NCBI GenBank assembly: GCA_964503235.1
Contig: CAZCZJ010000013.1
Location: 1 to 29,885, forward strand
Source of the DNA: an uncultured Dehalococcoidaceae bacterium
GTDB taxonomy: Bacteria; Chloroflexota; Dehalococcoidia; Dehalococcoidales; RBG-16-60-22
DNA: 29,885 nt
Direction of reading: 5' to 3'
Part shown: one piece after another, positions 7,477 through 14,406 of the stretch
How the letters are laid out: each line of letters opens with the position of its first letter
How positions within the stretch are numbered: position 1 is the first letter of the stretch
Translations under genes and position numbers: made by a program
The notes under the pieces: model-generated
What the model saw: only the letters and a program-made list of their open reading frames with translations
Told to the model about the DNA's origin: nothing
The model's database searches: none

Positions 7477-10134
7477 TTAGCTCAATTTAGCCATGGAGTA
7501 TCCGGCCTTGGCCAGAATTTTGGGAATACCTCTCACTAAGGTACGGTCTTTTTTCTTCTCTATTTCAGAAAGATGCTCCCAGGGGACCATGTCTTTATGC
7601 AGTCTTTTTTCTTTATCGGTTGTTTCCGCATGCTGCCAGCCATTCTCTAACTTCAGCTTAGTCCACCGTTCGTGCTCTATTTGGGCTAGTTTTTCAACTT
7701 CTGTATCCTTAAATTCACCGGAAGCTTTACCACCCCGGGCCGGGAGCATGGCATATCCGATACTCGCCAGTTTATTAGCAATGTCACGGACATTATCCCG
7801 ATTCTGCTCCTTTTCATCCTCAGGTAATTCCGCATAAGGCCTTAGCGAGCTATGTTCTTTTTTATCATTACGTGTTTTCGGTCCATATTTATAACCTTTA
7901 GCTTCCAAATCTTCGCAAAATACCTCGTGGGTCGCTTCGGCAAGCTTCTCAAGCAGGTCAGAGCTCATCGTCAGATGATGCACCAAAGTATAAAATTCAC
8001 TGCCGTCTACATGCAAATTCAACTGCGTCTCCGTGGGTAGGCTGGAACGCTCGAAGCTCGTTTTGCCAGACAACTGGCTCGTGGTGATTATGGTTTCCAT
8101 CGACCGGGCGCCGTGTTTGTATCCCTTGATTAATAAGAAGGCGCGCAGCAGACCTTCATCGATGTTTACAGTACCATCACTATTCAGGAGTTGGGGTGTG
8201 TTTCGTTCTAAGACCGAACGCAGGAGAATGGCGCGGCGGATGACATGATATGGGTCTCCACCTCGCCCGGACACGCCTTTATCTTCCTGCCTGTTCGGCC
8301 CGAGAATATTGAGGAATCCTCTGATTCGGCTGACAAAATCAGGCAGCTTCACTGCCCGGCGGTTTTCATCTTCGAGATTTGCCCCGAATGCCTCCAGACT
8401 ATGGCTGGAACCGCCAGCAAAGACGAAGATACTCCTGCCTATCGGGTGAATTATCTGACCATCCTGGAATTCGCCGTCCTGCATCGGCGCCAGGAAATAG
8501 CGTAGCCAGCCCAGCGGCTGACCCTGCAGAGCGGTATCGAATTCGTCCCAAAAGACGAGAGGAATCTTGCCGGATAACGCTTTATCACGTACCTGATTGA
8601 AGGCGTCAAGTAAATCATAAGGTTCGCCTAATTGTGAGAGGTTAAAACTCAATGCCTCGATTTCCCGCGGACGTATCGAATTGGCTACCTGACTTACCGC
8701 GAAAGATTTTCCGGCTCCAGGCGGACCGAAAACAGCGATGGAGAGAGGCTTCTTCTCGATTCGCTGGCAATATTCACTAATCAGACTGCTTATGCAGTTC
8801 AAGGCTTCGATTTCCCGGCGGTCTACCGTTACAAGTTTCCCGAATCTCCTTACCGGCACACCCGACAGTGCGTTATGCAAACCCTCACGCACAATCTTTT
8901 GGGCCACTTTTTCAAGGGATTCCGGGTTTTGGTCCTCAAGGATGGTCCAAAAAGATGGTGCTTCTGCATCAATAGTCGTGGTTGCCTTTGCAGAAAGTAC
9001 ATCCGCCGGGTTCCTGATTGGTGCGTTTGCCAGGCTATCAGTCTTATCTGCCAGTCTGGTCGCTATCTTTGAGATTGGAAAAGCAGCCGGGTTTTGCCTC
9101 AGGTCGCCAACGGCATCACCATATCCTTCAATGTGAAGAAATCGCGTGGCGCCAAGGCCGGACTGAATACCTCTATGCAGATTCGGGGTAGAAGTATTGA
9201 GCATTAACTCTCTGGCAATACCCGCAATAAGGCAAGTATTATAGCCAATCATGTACCCTCGATAGTTACGACCCCATTCACCTTCCATCACTTCTGGATC
9301 AAAGAACAGGGTAGCATCCAGGGTGCGGTCCGATTTCCGTGATAGCAGTATGGCACCAGCTGTATCAAAGGAGATAACAACATGTAAGCATCGTGTGATT
9401 GCGTTCACATGAGGATTATACAGGAGCTCCCAAACCAAATCCTGGGCTGTCCTCTCCCATGATATTTGGCGACTTATATGGACATCGGCATGGCAGCGAA
9501 GGTCGTTGGCGGTCATGACAGCTATAAGCTGGTCGGCATGATGTTCCTGCAAATGGTTCCAGAGCTTGCCCTCGGCGACGGGTCGCGCGATTTTAAGGAG
9601 GACCCAGGGACGGGAAGTGTCACTCGATAGAGCACGAGGCCAGTATTCCTGATGGTCGCGAAATCCAAGGTTGGCATCATCCAGGATAATAAGATCCGGG
9701 TTCGGAGGGTCATTAACGACTTTTTGCCAGTCATCTGATGAAGTTGTATCGGCACCTGCCCGGTCCAGCCCCAGGAATTCCTGCACACGCCAGACCTTTC
9801 TTTTCTGACTCGCGTTGCGTTCATCGAGCTCAAATGGTGCCCATGTAGCATAGGAATGGTGGAATCGATCGTCGCCGGGTCTTACTGGCTCCTGGGGCAT
9901 ATTAGTTTCTCGGACTTCAAATATGGTTCGCCTGGATTCACCTAAGTTCTTGGCAACCGCTTTGATTATGTCCGCCAACATCGCTGCGCCCCCTCGTTGG
10001 CAACAGGCTCGAGTTAGATCTTCAGCGTTCCAACCCTCCGTAAGGACATCTCTTCGTTGTATACGAACTATATTCCAGTCGATGGTGACATCCCCGGTCA
10101 CGACAACTAATTTCGCACTCTTTCCCTTGTTCAT
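7477..10134 (-). CDS. Multidomain protein: N-terminal ribokinase/pfkB-like domain (degenerate), AAA+ ATPase, and two C-terminal RyR (ryanodine-receptor repeat) domains
   Basis: Start moved to ATG 10134, which has AAAGGAGG 5 nt upstream. Walker A is GPPGAGKS (about 8705-8728). Walker B is LVFWDEFD (about 8536-8562). Sensor region is HGARSME. RyR repeats are EKLAEATHEVF...LRPYAELPEDEKEQNRD (about 7750-7953) and EKLAQIEHERW...MVPWEHLSEIEKKKDR (about 7492-7698). pfkB-like blocks are LVVVTGDVTIDWN, RGGAAMLA, LIILDDANLGF, IAVMTANDL and VVISFDTAGAILL (about 9120-10116). Confidence 0.8.
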   Translation of the reverse strand: MNKGKSAKLVVVTGDVTIDWNIVRIQRRDVLTEGWNAEDLTRACCQRGGAAMLADIIKAVAKNLGESRRTIFEVRETNMPQEPVRPGDDRFHHSYATWAPFELDERNASQKRKVWRVQEFLGLDRAGADTTSSDDWQKVVNDPPNPDLIILDDANLGFRDHQEYWPRALSSDTSRPWVLLKIARPVAEGKLWNHLQEHHADQLIAVMTANDLRCHADVHISRQISWERTAQDLVWELLYNPHVNAITRCLHVVISFDTAGAILLSRKSDRTLDATLFFDPEVMEGEWGRNYRGYMIGYNTCLIAGIARELMLNTSTPNLHRGIQSGLGATRFLHIEGYGDAVGDLRQNPAAFPISKIATRLADKTDSLANAPIRNPADVLSAKATTTIDAEAPSFWTILEDQNPESLEKVAQKIVREGLHNALSGVPVRRFGKLVTVDRREIEALNCISSLISEYCQRIEKKPLSIAVFGPPGAGKSFAVSQVANSIRPREIEALSFNLSQLGEPYDLLDAFNQVRDKALSGKIPLVFWDEFDTALQGQPLGWLRYFLAPMQDGEFQDGQIIHPIGRSIFVFAGGSSHSLEAFGANLEDENRRAVKLPDFVSRIRGFLNILGPNRQEDKGVSGRGGDPYHVIRRAILLRSVLERNTPQLLNSDGTVNIDEGLLRAFLLIKGYKHGARSMETIITTSQLSGKTSFERSSLPTETQLNLHVDGSEFYTLVHHLTMSSDLLEKLAEATHEVFCEDLEAKGYKYGPKTRNDKKEHSSLRPYAELPEDEKEQNRDNVRDIANKLASIGYAMLPARGGKASGEFKDTEVEKLAQIEHERWTKLKLENGWQHAETTDKEKRLHKDMVPWEHLSEIEKKKDRTLVRGIPKILAKAGYSMAKLS

Positions 10135-10316
10135 GTCCGCCTCCTTTGTTATGCTGTTAATCGGCCCTATCACCTAAGAACCGTCGGAAATCCTTATAGA
10201 GGTTCTCAAACCACATCGCTGTCTGAGTCAAGAGCCACAAGCTCTCCACCTTTTCAACCTAATTCCGATAATTCCTGTTGGGCGTTTTCCTGCACTTATC
10301 CTCCTGTATCGTACCG

Positions 10317-12029
10317 TCAGTGGTCTCCCTCAGGTTCAACGAGGCTGAAGATAAACACTCCACGGGTTGTGTCCGTGGAAAATGCCAGGTCGTCCACCGC
10401 AAACACACTGCTGACCTCTTCCATGGCTGAGTAGTCAGCTATCATAACCGGATTTTGTGGGTCGCTGATGTCGATAGCCATAATCCCGCTCTCAAGAATT
10501 TCCGTCCAGGTGCCGTGGTCTATACCGAAGGAATACGTCACATAGGCGATGTTACCGGTGATGGAAATCTGCATGGTGGTAAGCCGGCCGGTGGCCCCCG
10601 GCGGTATCAGCTCATGCGGTCCCACGGGTACGTATCGCCCTATTTTAATGGGTTGTGAGGGTACGCTCACATCAATTATCTCCAGTCCTGCGGACCATCC
10701 CACCACGTAGGCTGTTTTACCCACCACGGCGATTCCCGACCCCCAATCACTGGTATCGAACTGCCCTATTTGCACCGGCTCGGAGGGATTTCTGACATCA
10801 ACCAGGTGGAAATCATTTGCAAGTACGTAGGCGACATTATCCGCCACGACCAATCCGGGATAGGCAACATTGGAATTAAACTCAAATTCACCGAGCTTAA
10901 CCGGGCTCGAAGGCACGCTTGTATCAAGGAGGGTCAGGCTATCGGAGGTGGTTAAATAGACAATATTACCAACCACGGCAATCTTATTCAGGGAACGAAA
11001 GTCATCGTGCTCGTACTCTCCTACTTCTACCGGATTGGAGGGAATGCCCACATCTAACAACAGCAGCCTGTCGCGCAGGGCTTTATTCCCCTGTATTCCC
11101 CCTTGCTCGATTACGTAGGCGATGTTATCAACGACCACCACGTTCTCAACACTGTTCTCGACGATTTCAAGGGAGTACTGACCTATCTTCTTTGGCTCAG
11201 AGGGCAGGCTGATATCCAGCACCAGTAAACCGTCACCGCCGTTGGCTACATAGGCTATATTGTCAACGACAAAGACACTATTTGCCTCGCGGGAAGTGCT
11301 GTAGGTTCCTATATGATTAAGAGATAGCTCGGTCGCTGTCTCACTTCCTGCATCCTCCTCGCCGGATGTGTTGAAATATAGCCAACTGCCGATTACAGCT
11401 ACAATTATGATGAAAACCGACGCTATCCCCCAGGCCCATCGTCCTCTCAATTTGTTTAGCCACTTCCCGCCGGCCTTACCAGCAGCTTTGGGTATTGGCA
11501 AGTCGTAGGCCGGCAAGTCAGGCTTGGTGCCTCCCTTTATCACGCCGGGTGACGGAGTTTCGCGGAGCATCCTACGTATCCGTTCCAGTCGCGATACATC
11601 AGGTTTGGATGTCGGGTGAATGTCCAGGGCTTTGAGTCCATCGACGATGCGGTCCAAGATACCGGTGATTCCCTCCTGCGGAATGAGTATCGATGTGGCC
11701 GAGCCCAGGGCTTCCCGCCATTCCGGCTGGCGGTTTTGAAATTCTACATGGCTGATGTCCCGCAGCACCGGGATAAAGTATATGCCGGTTTCGTGCGCTC
11801 TAACGACTTCTCTGGTGACCTGCCGGGAACCGAGCGAATGCGGGGATATCACCAGGATAACGGCCTGGGATTGCTCAATCGCTGCTCCTGTTTGCAGGAG
11901 GTACGAAGGACCTGGTATGCTGTCCAGCTCGTAAGACCAGGTCGAATAACCTGCCTCCTCCAGCTTAAGAGCAATCTCTAAGGCAACATCAGCATCTTCT
12001 TCAACATGGCTGATGAATATATGGCTCAT
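10317..12029 (-). CDS. TIR-domain protein with a single transmembrane helix and an extracytoplasmic 7-repeat LVIVD beta-propeller
   Basis: The N-terminus IFISHVEEDADVALEIALKLEEAGYSTWSY...AVILVISPHSLGSRQVTREV fits the TIR_2 pattern. The TM helix WAWGIASVFIIIVAVIGSWLYF (about 11373-11438) is preceded by a K/R-rich segment. Seven NIAYV...L.V.D.S.PS.P..IG repeats follow. GGAGG lies 6 nt upstream of the ATG. Confidence 0.85.
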   Translation of the reverse strand: MSHIFISHVEEDADVALEIALKLEEAGYSTWSYELDSIPGPSYLLQTGAAIEQSQAVILVISPHSLGSRQVTREVVRAHETGIYFIPVLRDISHVEFQNRQPEWREALGSATSILIPQEGITGILDRIVDGLKALDIHPTSKPDVSRLERIRRMLRETPSPGVIKGGTKPDLPAYDLPIPKAAGKAGGKWLNKLRGRWAWGIASVFIIIVAVIGSWLYFNTSGEEDAGSETATELSLNHIGTYSTSREANSVFVVDNIAYVANGGDGLLVLDISLPSEPKKIGQYSLEIVENSVENVVVVDNIAYVIEQGGIQGNKALRDRLLLLDVGIPSNPVEVGEYEHDDFRSLNKIAVVGNIVYLTTSDSLTLLDTSVPSSPVKLGEFEFNSNVAYPGLVVADNVAYVLANDFHLVDVRNPSEPVQIGQFDTSDWGSGIAVVGKTAYVVGWSAGLEIIDVSVPSQPIKIGRYVPVGPHELIPPGATGRLTTMQISITGNIAYVTYSFGIDHGTWTEILESGIMAIDISDPQNPVMIADYSAMEEVSSVFAVDDLAFSTDTTRGVFIFSLVEPEGDH

Positions 12030-12148
12030 TTAAGTCCTCCGATACTCAAACCGTACCCATTACCTAAAACGGCTCCACTGTATAAAATCCTACGATAATA
12101 CATCATAAACATCACACCCTTTTTCTAAAAAGGATAATATCTTTAGGA

Positions 12149-12177
12149 TTATTATTAATTGAATTATGATATGTCAA
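12149..12177 (-). promoter_or_regulatory. Sigma-70-type promoter for the TIR gene
   Basis: Minus strand: TTGACA (12177-12172), 17 nt spacer, TAATAA (12154-12149). This would give a 5' UTR of about 110 nt. Confidence 0.45.
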
Positions 12178-12286
12178 GTACTGATAGTCAACTATAAAAT
12201 AGTTACAGTAGCCCACCGAAGAACAGGTAAATACGGTCTGGAGAAGTCTGCTTAATACCAATATGAAGTGGTCTTACTTATCTTTG

Positions 12287-12360
12287 CTCTTGATTGAATC
12301 TGTTGCAATGCCACTTTCGTTCTGAGAAAGAAATGGACTTAAGTGAGATTCAATCAGGGG
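12287..12360 (+). repeat. Long imperfect hairpin / inverted repeat in the spacer upstream of the AOR gene
   Basis: TGATTGAATCT (12291-12301) and AGATTCAATCA (12346-12356) are perfect 11 bp arms. On the plus-strand RNA only, G-U pairs extend them to 15 bp (CUCU/GGGG). An inner helix is CCA-CUUUC...GAAAG-aaa-UGG. Confidence 0.55.
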
Positions 12361-12416
12361 CTCGTTGATATTTATTAGTAGAATGTCTGGATAACGTCAC
12401 ATTTGCGCTTGCCTCG

Positions 12417-12446
12417 TTGACATTAAGTCGAAGTCGTTAGTAGAAT
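12417..12446 (+). promoter_or_regulatory. Sigma-70-type promoter for the AOR gene
   Basis: TTGACA (12417-12422), 18 nt spacer, TAGAAT (12441-12446), about 40 nt upstream of the ATG. RBS is AAAGGAG at 12474-12480. Confidence 0.5.
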
Positions 12447-12486
12447 TATATCGTATTCATATTGTTATTAATGAAAGGAGCTAATA

Positions 12487-14331
12487 ATGGCCGGAGCATA
12501 TATGGGGAAGATTTTATATGTAAATCTTTCCACGGGAGAAATAAAAGAGGAAACCCCGGATGAAAAACTCTACCGGGACTTCCTCGGGGGTTATGGTCTT
12601 GGCGCCAAGATTCTGTATGACCGACAGAAAGGTGGTGTCGACCCGCTGGGGCCGGATAACATTCTCGGCCTGGTCACCGGGCCGCTGACCGGTACGCCCG
12701 CCGTTACCGGTGCCCGCTACGTGGCCGTGGCTAAATCACCCATCACCGGCGGCTGGGGAGATGCCAATTCCGGCGGTTATTTCGGTCCCTACCTCAAGTT
12801 CGCCGGTTATGATGCTGTTTTCTTCGAAGGAATCTCGGAAAAGCCGGTATACCTTCATATCGATAACGGTAAAGCGGAACTCAAGGACGCCGGTCATCTC
12901 TGGGGCATGGATACCTATGAAACCGAGGATGCCCTGAAGGCCGAGTACGGCAAGGATACCCACGTATCCTGTATCGGCCCTGCCGGTGAGATGTGTTCGC
13001 TGATATCCTGCATCATCACCAAGAGGGGAGCCGCCGCGGGACGGTCAGGCCTGGGTGCCGTCATGGGTTCCAAGAAGCTTAAAGCGGTATCCGTCACCGG
13101 CAAAATGGAAGTGCCCATAGCCGACAAAGCCCGCATGGACGAATTGCGGAAAGAACAGATCCACAACATTCAGAATCCCCCGCCCGGACCGATGGGCGCG
13201 ATGAGCGCCAGCATGGGAAAGTATGGTACCACCGGCATGACCGACATGAACGCCCACAGCGGTGATACCCCGGTGAAAAACTGGGGCGGCGTCGGTGTCA
13301 GGGACCTGCCGGATGTTGATGGTCTTAAAGGAGATGCCGCCATCCACAACCGCAAGCGCGCCGAGCCCTGCTGGCGTTGTCCCATATCCTGCCAGGCATC
13401 GATATATGCTGGAGAGGGTGAGTACAAGTATCCCGAGGACACCCGCCGCATCGAGTACGAAACCCAGGCGACCTTCGGCACGCTATGCTTAAACAGCAAC
13501 ACCGAATCGCTGAACATGTGCAACCATCTCTGCAACAGCTACGGAATAGATACCATCTCCGGTGGCTGTGTAATGGCTTTTGCCATCGAATGCTATGAAA
13601 ACGGTATTATCACCAAGAAAGATACCGACGGTATCGAACTGACCTGGGGCAACCACCAGGCTATCGTCGCCATGACGGAAAAAATGTGCAAGCGGGAAGG
13701 CCTGGGCGCTATCCTTGCCGACGGCGTCAAGGTGGCTGCCGAAAAGATAGGCAAGGGTGCCGAAAAATATGCTATTCACATCGGCGGTCAGGAACTCGGT
13801 ATGCATGACCCGAAGCTCGTTGGATTCATGGGTAATTTTGCCGCCGCCCGTTATCAGATGGACGCGACGCCCGGTCGGCACACAGCGGGTTTTGGCCCCG
13901 AAAGCTTTCGGGGACACATCACCAATGCCGCAGGACTCTGTTTGTTCGGTTCGATGGGACCGCCCGGAGGTAAGAACTACGCGCTGGAGAATATTAAAGC
14001 CGCTACCGGCTGGGACCTGACCCAGGAGGAACTGGATAAGATTGCCGAAAGAATTGCCAATATAAGGCATCTGTTTAACCTCCGCGAGGGGATTAATCCC
14101 CTGGACTGGAAAGTGCATCCCAGAATAATCGGTGTGCCACCACTGGAAGAAGGCCCTCTGGCCGGTGTAACGGCTGACCTCGAGGCCCAGGTATACTGGT
14201 GTCTCGGAGCCTTGGACTGGGACAGGAAAACCACCAAGCCGAGTAAAGAAAAGCTGCTGGAACTGGGTATGAACGATGTAGCCCAAGAGCTCTGGCCGCC
14301 GGAGTCGATGCCTGGACCTGGTCCGCAGTAG
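12487..14331 (+). CDS. aor: Aldehyde:ferredoxin oxidoreductase family (tungstopterin enzyme)
   Basis: 614 aa. N-terminus GKILYVNLSTGEI...FLGGYGLGAKILYD is AOR-like. AOR FeS motif CWRCPISC plus the distal AAGLCLFG. Length and domain order match the AOR family. Confidence 0.9.
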   Translation: MAGAYMGKILYVNLSTGEIKEETPDEKLYRDFLGGYGLGAKILYDRQKGGVDPLGPDNILGLVTGPLTGTPAVTGARYVAVAKSPITGGWGDANSGGYFGPYLKFAGYDAVFFEGISEKPVYLHIDNGKAELKDAGHLWGMDTYETEDALKAEYGKDTHVSCIGPAGEMCSLISCIITKRGAAAGRSGLGAVMGSKKLKAVSVTGKMEVPIADKARMDELRKEQIHNIQNPPPGPMGAMSASMGKYGTTGMTDMNAHSGDTPVKNWGGVGVRDLPDVDGLKGDAAIHNRKRAEPCWRCPISCQASIYAGEGEYKYPEDTRRIEYETQATFGTLCLNSNTESLNMCNHLCNSYGIDTISGGCVMAFAIECYENGIITKKDTDGIELTWGNHQAIVAMTEKMCKREGLGAILADGVKVAAEKIGKGAEKYAIHIGGQELGMHDPKLVGFMGNFAAARYQMDATPGRHTAGFGPESFRGHITNAAGLCLFGSMGPPGGKNYALENIKAATGWDLTQEELDKIAERIANIRHLFNLREGINPLDWKVHPRIIGVPPLEEGPLAGVTADLEAQVYWCLGALDWDRKTTKPSKEKLLELGMNDVAQELWPPESMPGPGPQ

Positions 14332-14354
14332 TATATATTTACTTTGATTCATTA

Positions 14355-14406
14355 CCGGGATACAGCTTGTGCTCTGTTAATCCGTCGCCGTTAAGCTGTG
14401 TCCCGG
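14355..14406 (+). terminator. Long hairpin between the convergent AOR and Mo-oxidoreductase genes (candidate terminator)
   Basis: CCGGGATACAGCTT (14355-14368) pairs with AAGCTGTGTCCCGG (14393-14406). This gives 14 bp with one G-U on the plus strand and a 24 nt loop, followed by TAAATTTTA. The 3' arm overlaps the last codons of the minus-strand gene. Confidence 0.4.

Noticed and set aside
10135-10173. N-terminal extensions given by the ORF track (also 16515..16562, 2235..2270, 27020..27034, 28875..28892)
   Set aside because: In each case an internal ATG is preceded by a strong GGAGG-type SD at correct spacing. The extension also overlaps a predicted promoter or operator, or the upstream gene.
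10174-10316. Terminator between the TIR gene and the AAA+/RyR gene
   Set aside because: Only short 5-6 bp stems are present (AGAGC/GCTCT and AGAACC/GGTTCT), with no U-tract. Co-transcription therefore remains the default assumption, but it is unproven.
10335-11312. DNA-level tandem repeat in the LVIVD region
   Set aside because: The periodicity is visible only at the protein level. The seven units are diverged in nucleotide sequence and length, so this is a repeat-domain protein and not a DNA repeat array.
13489-14352. 287 aa minus-strand ORF
   Set aside because: It is fully antisense to the AOR gene, which has strong family motifs. The ORF has Arg/Gly-rich shadow-frame composition and no recognisable motifs.
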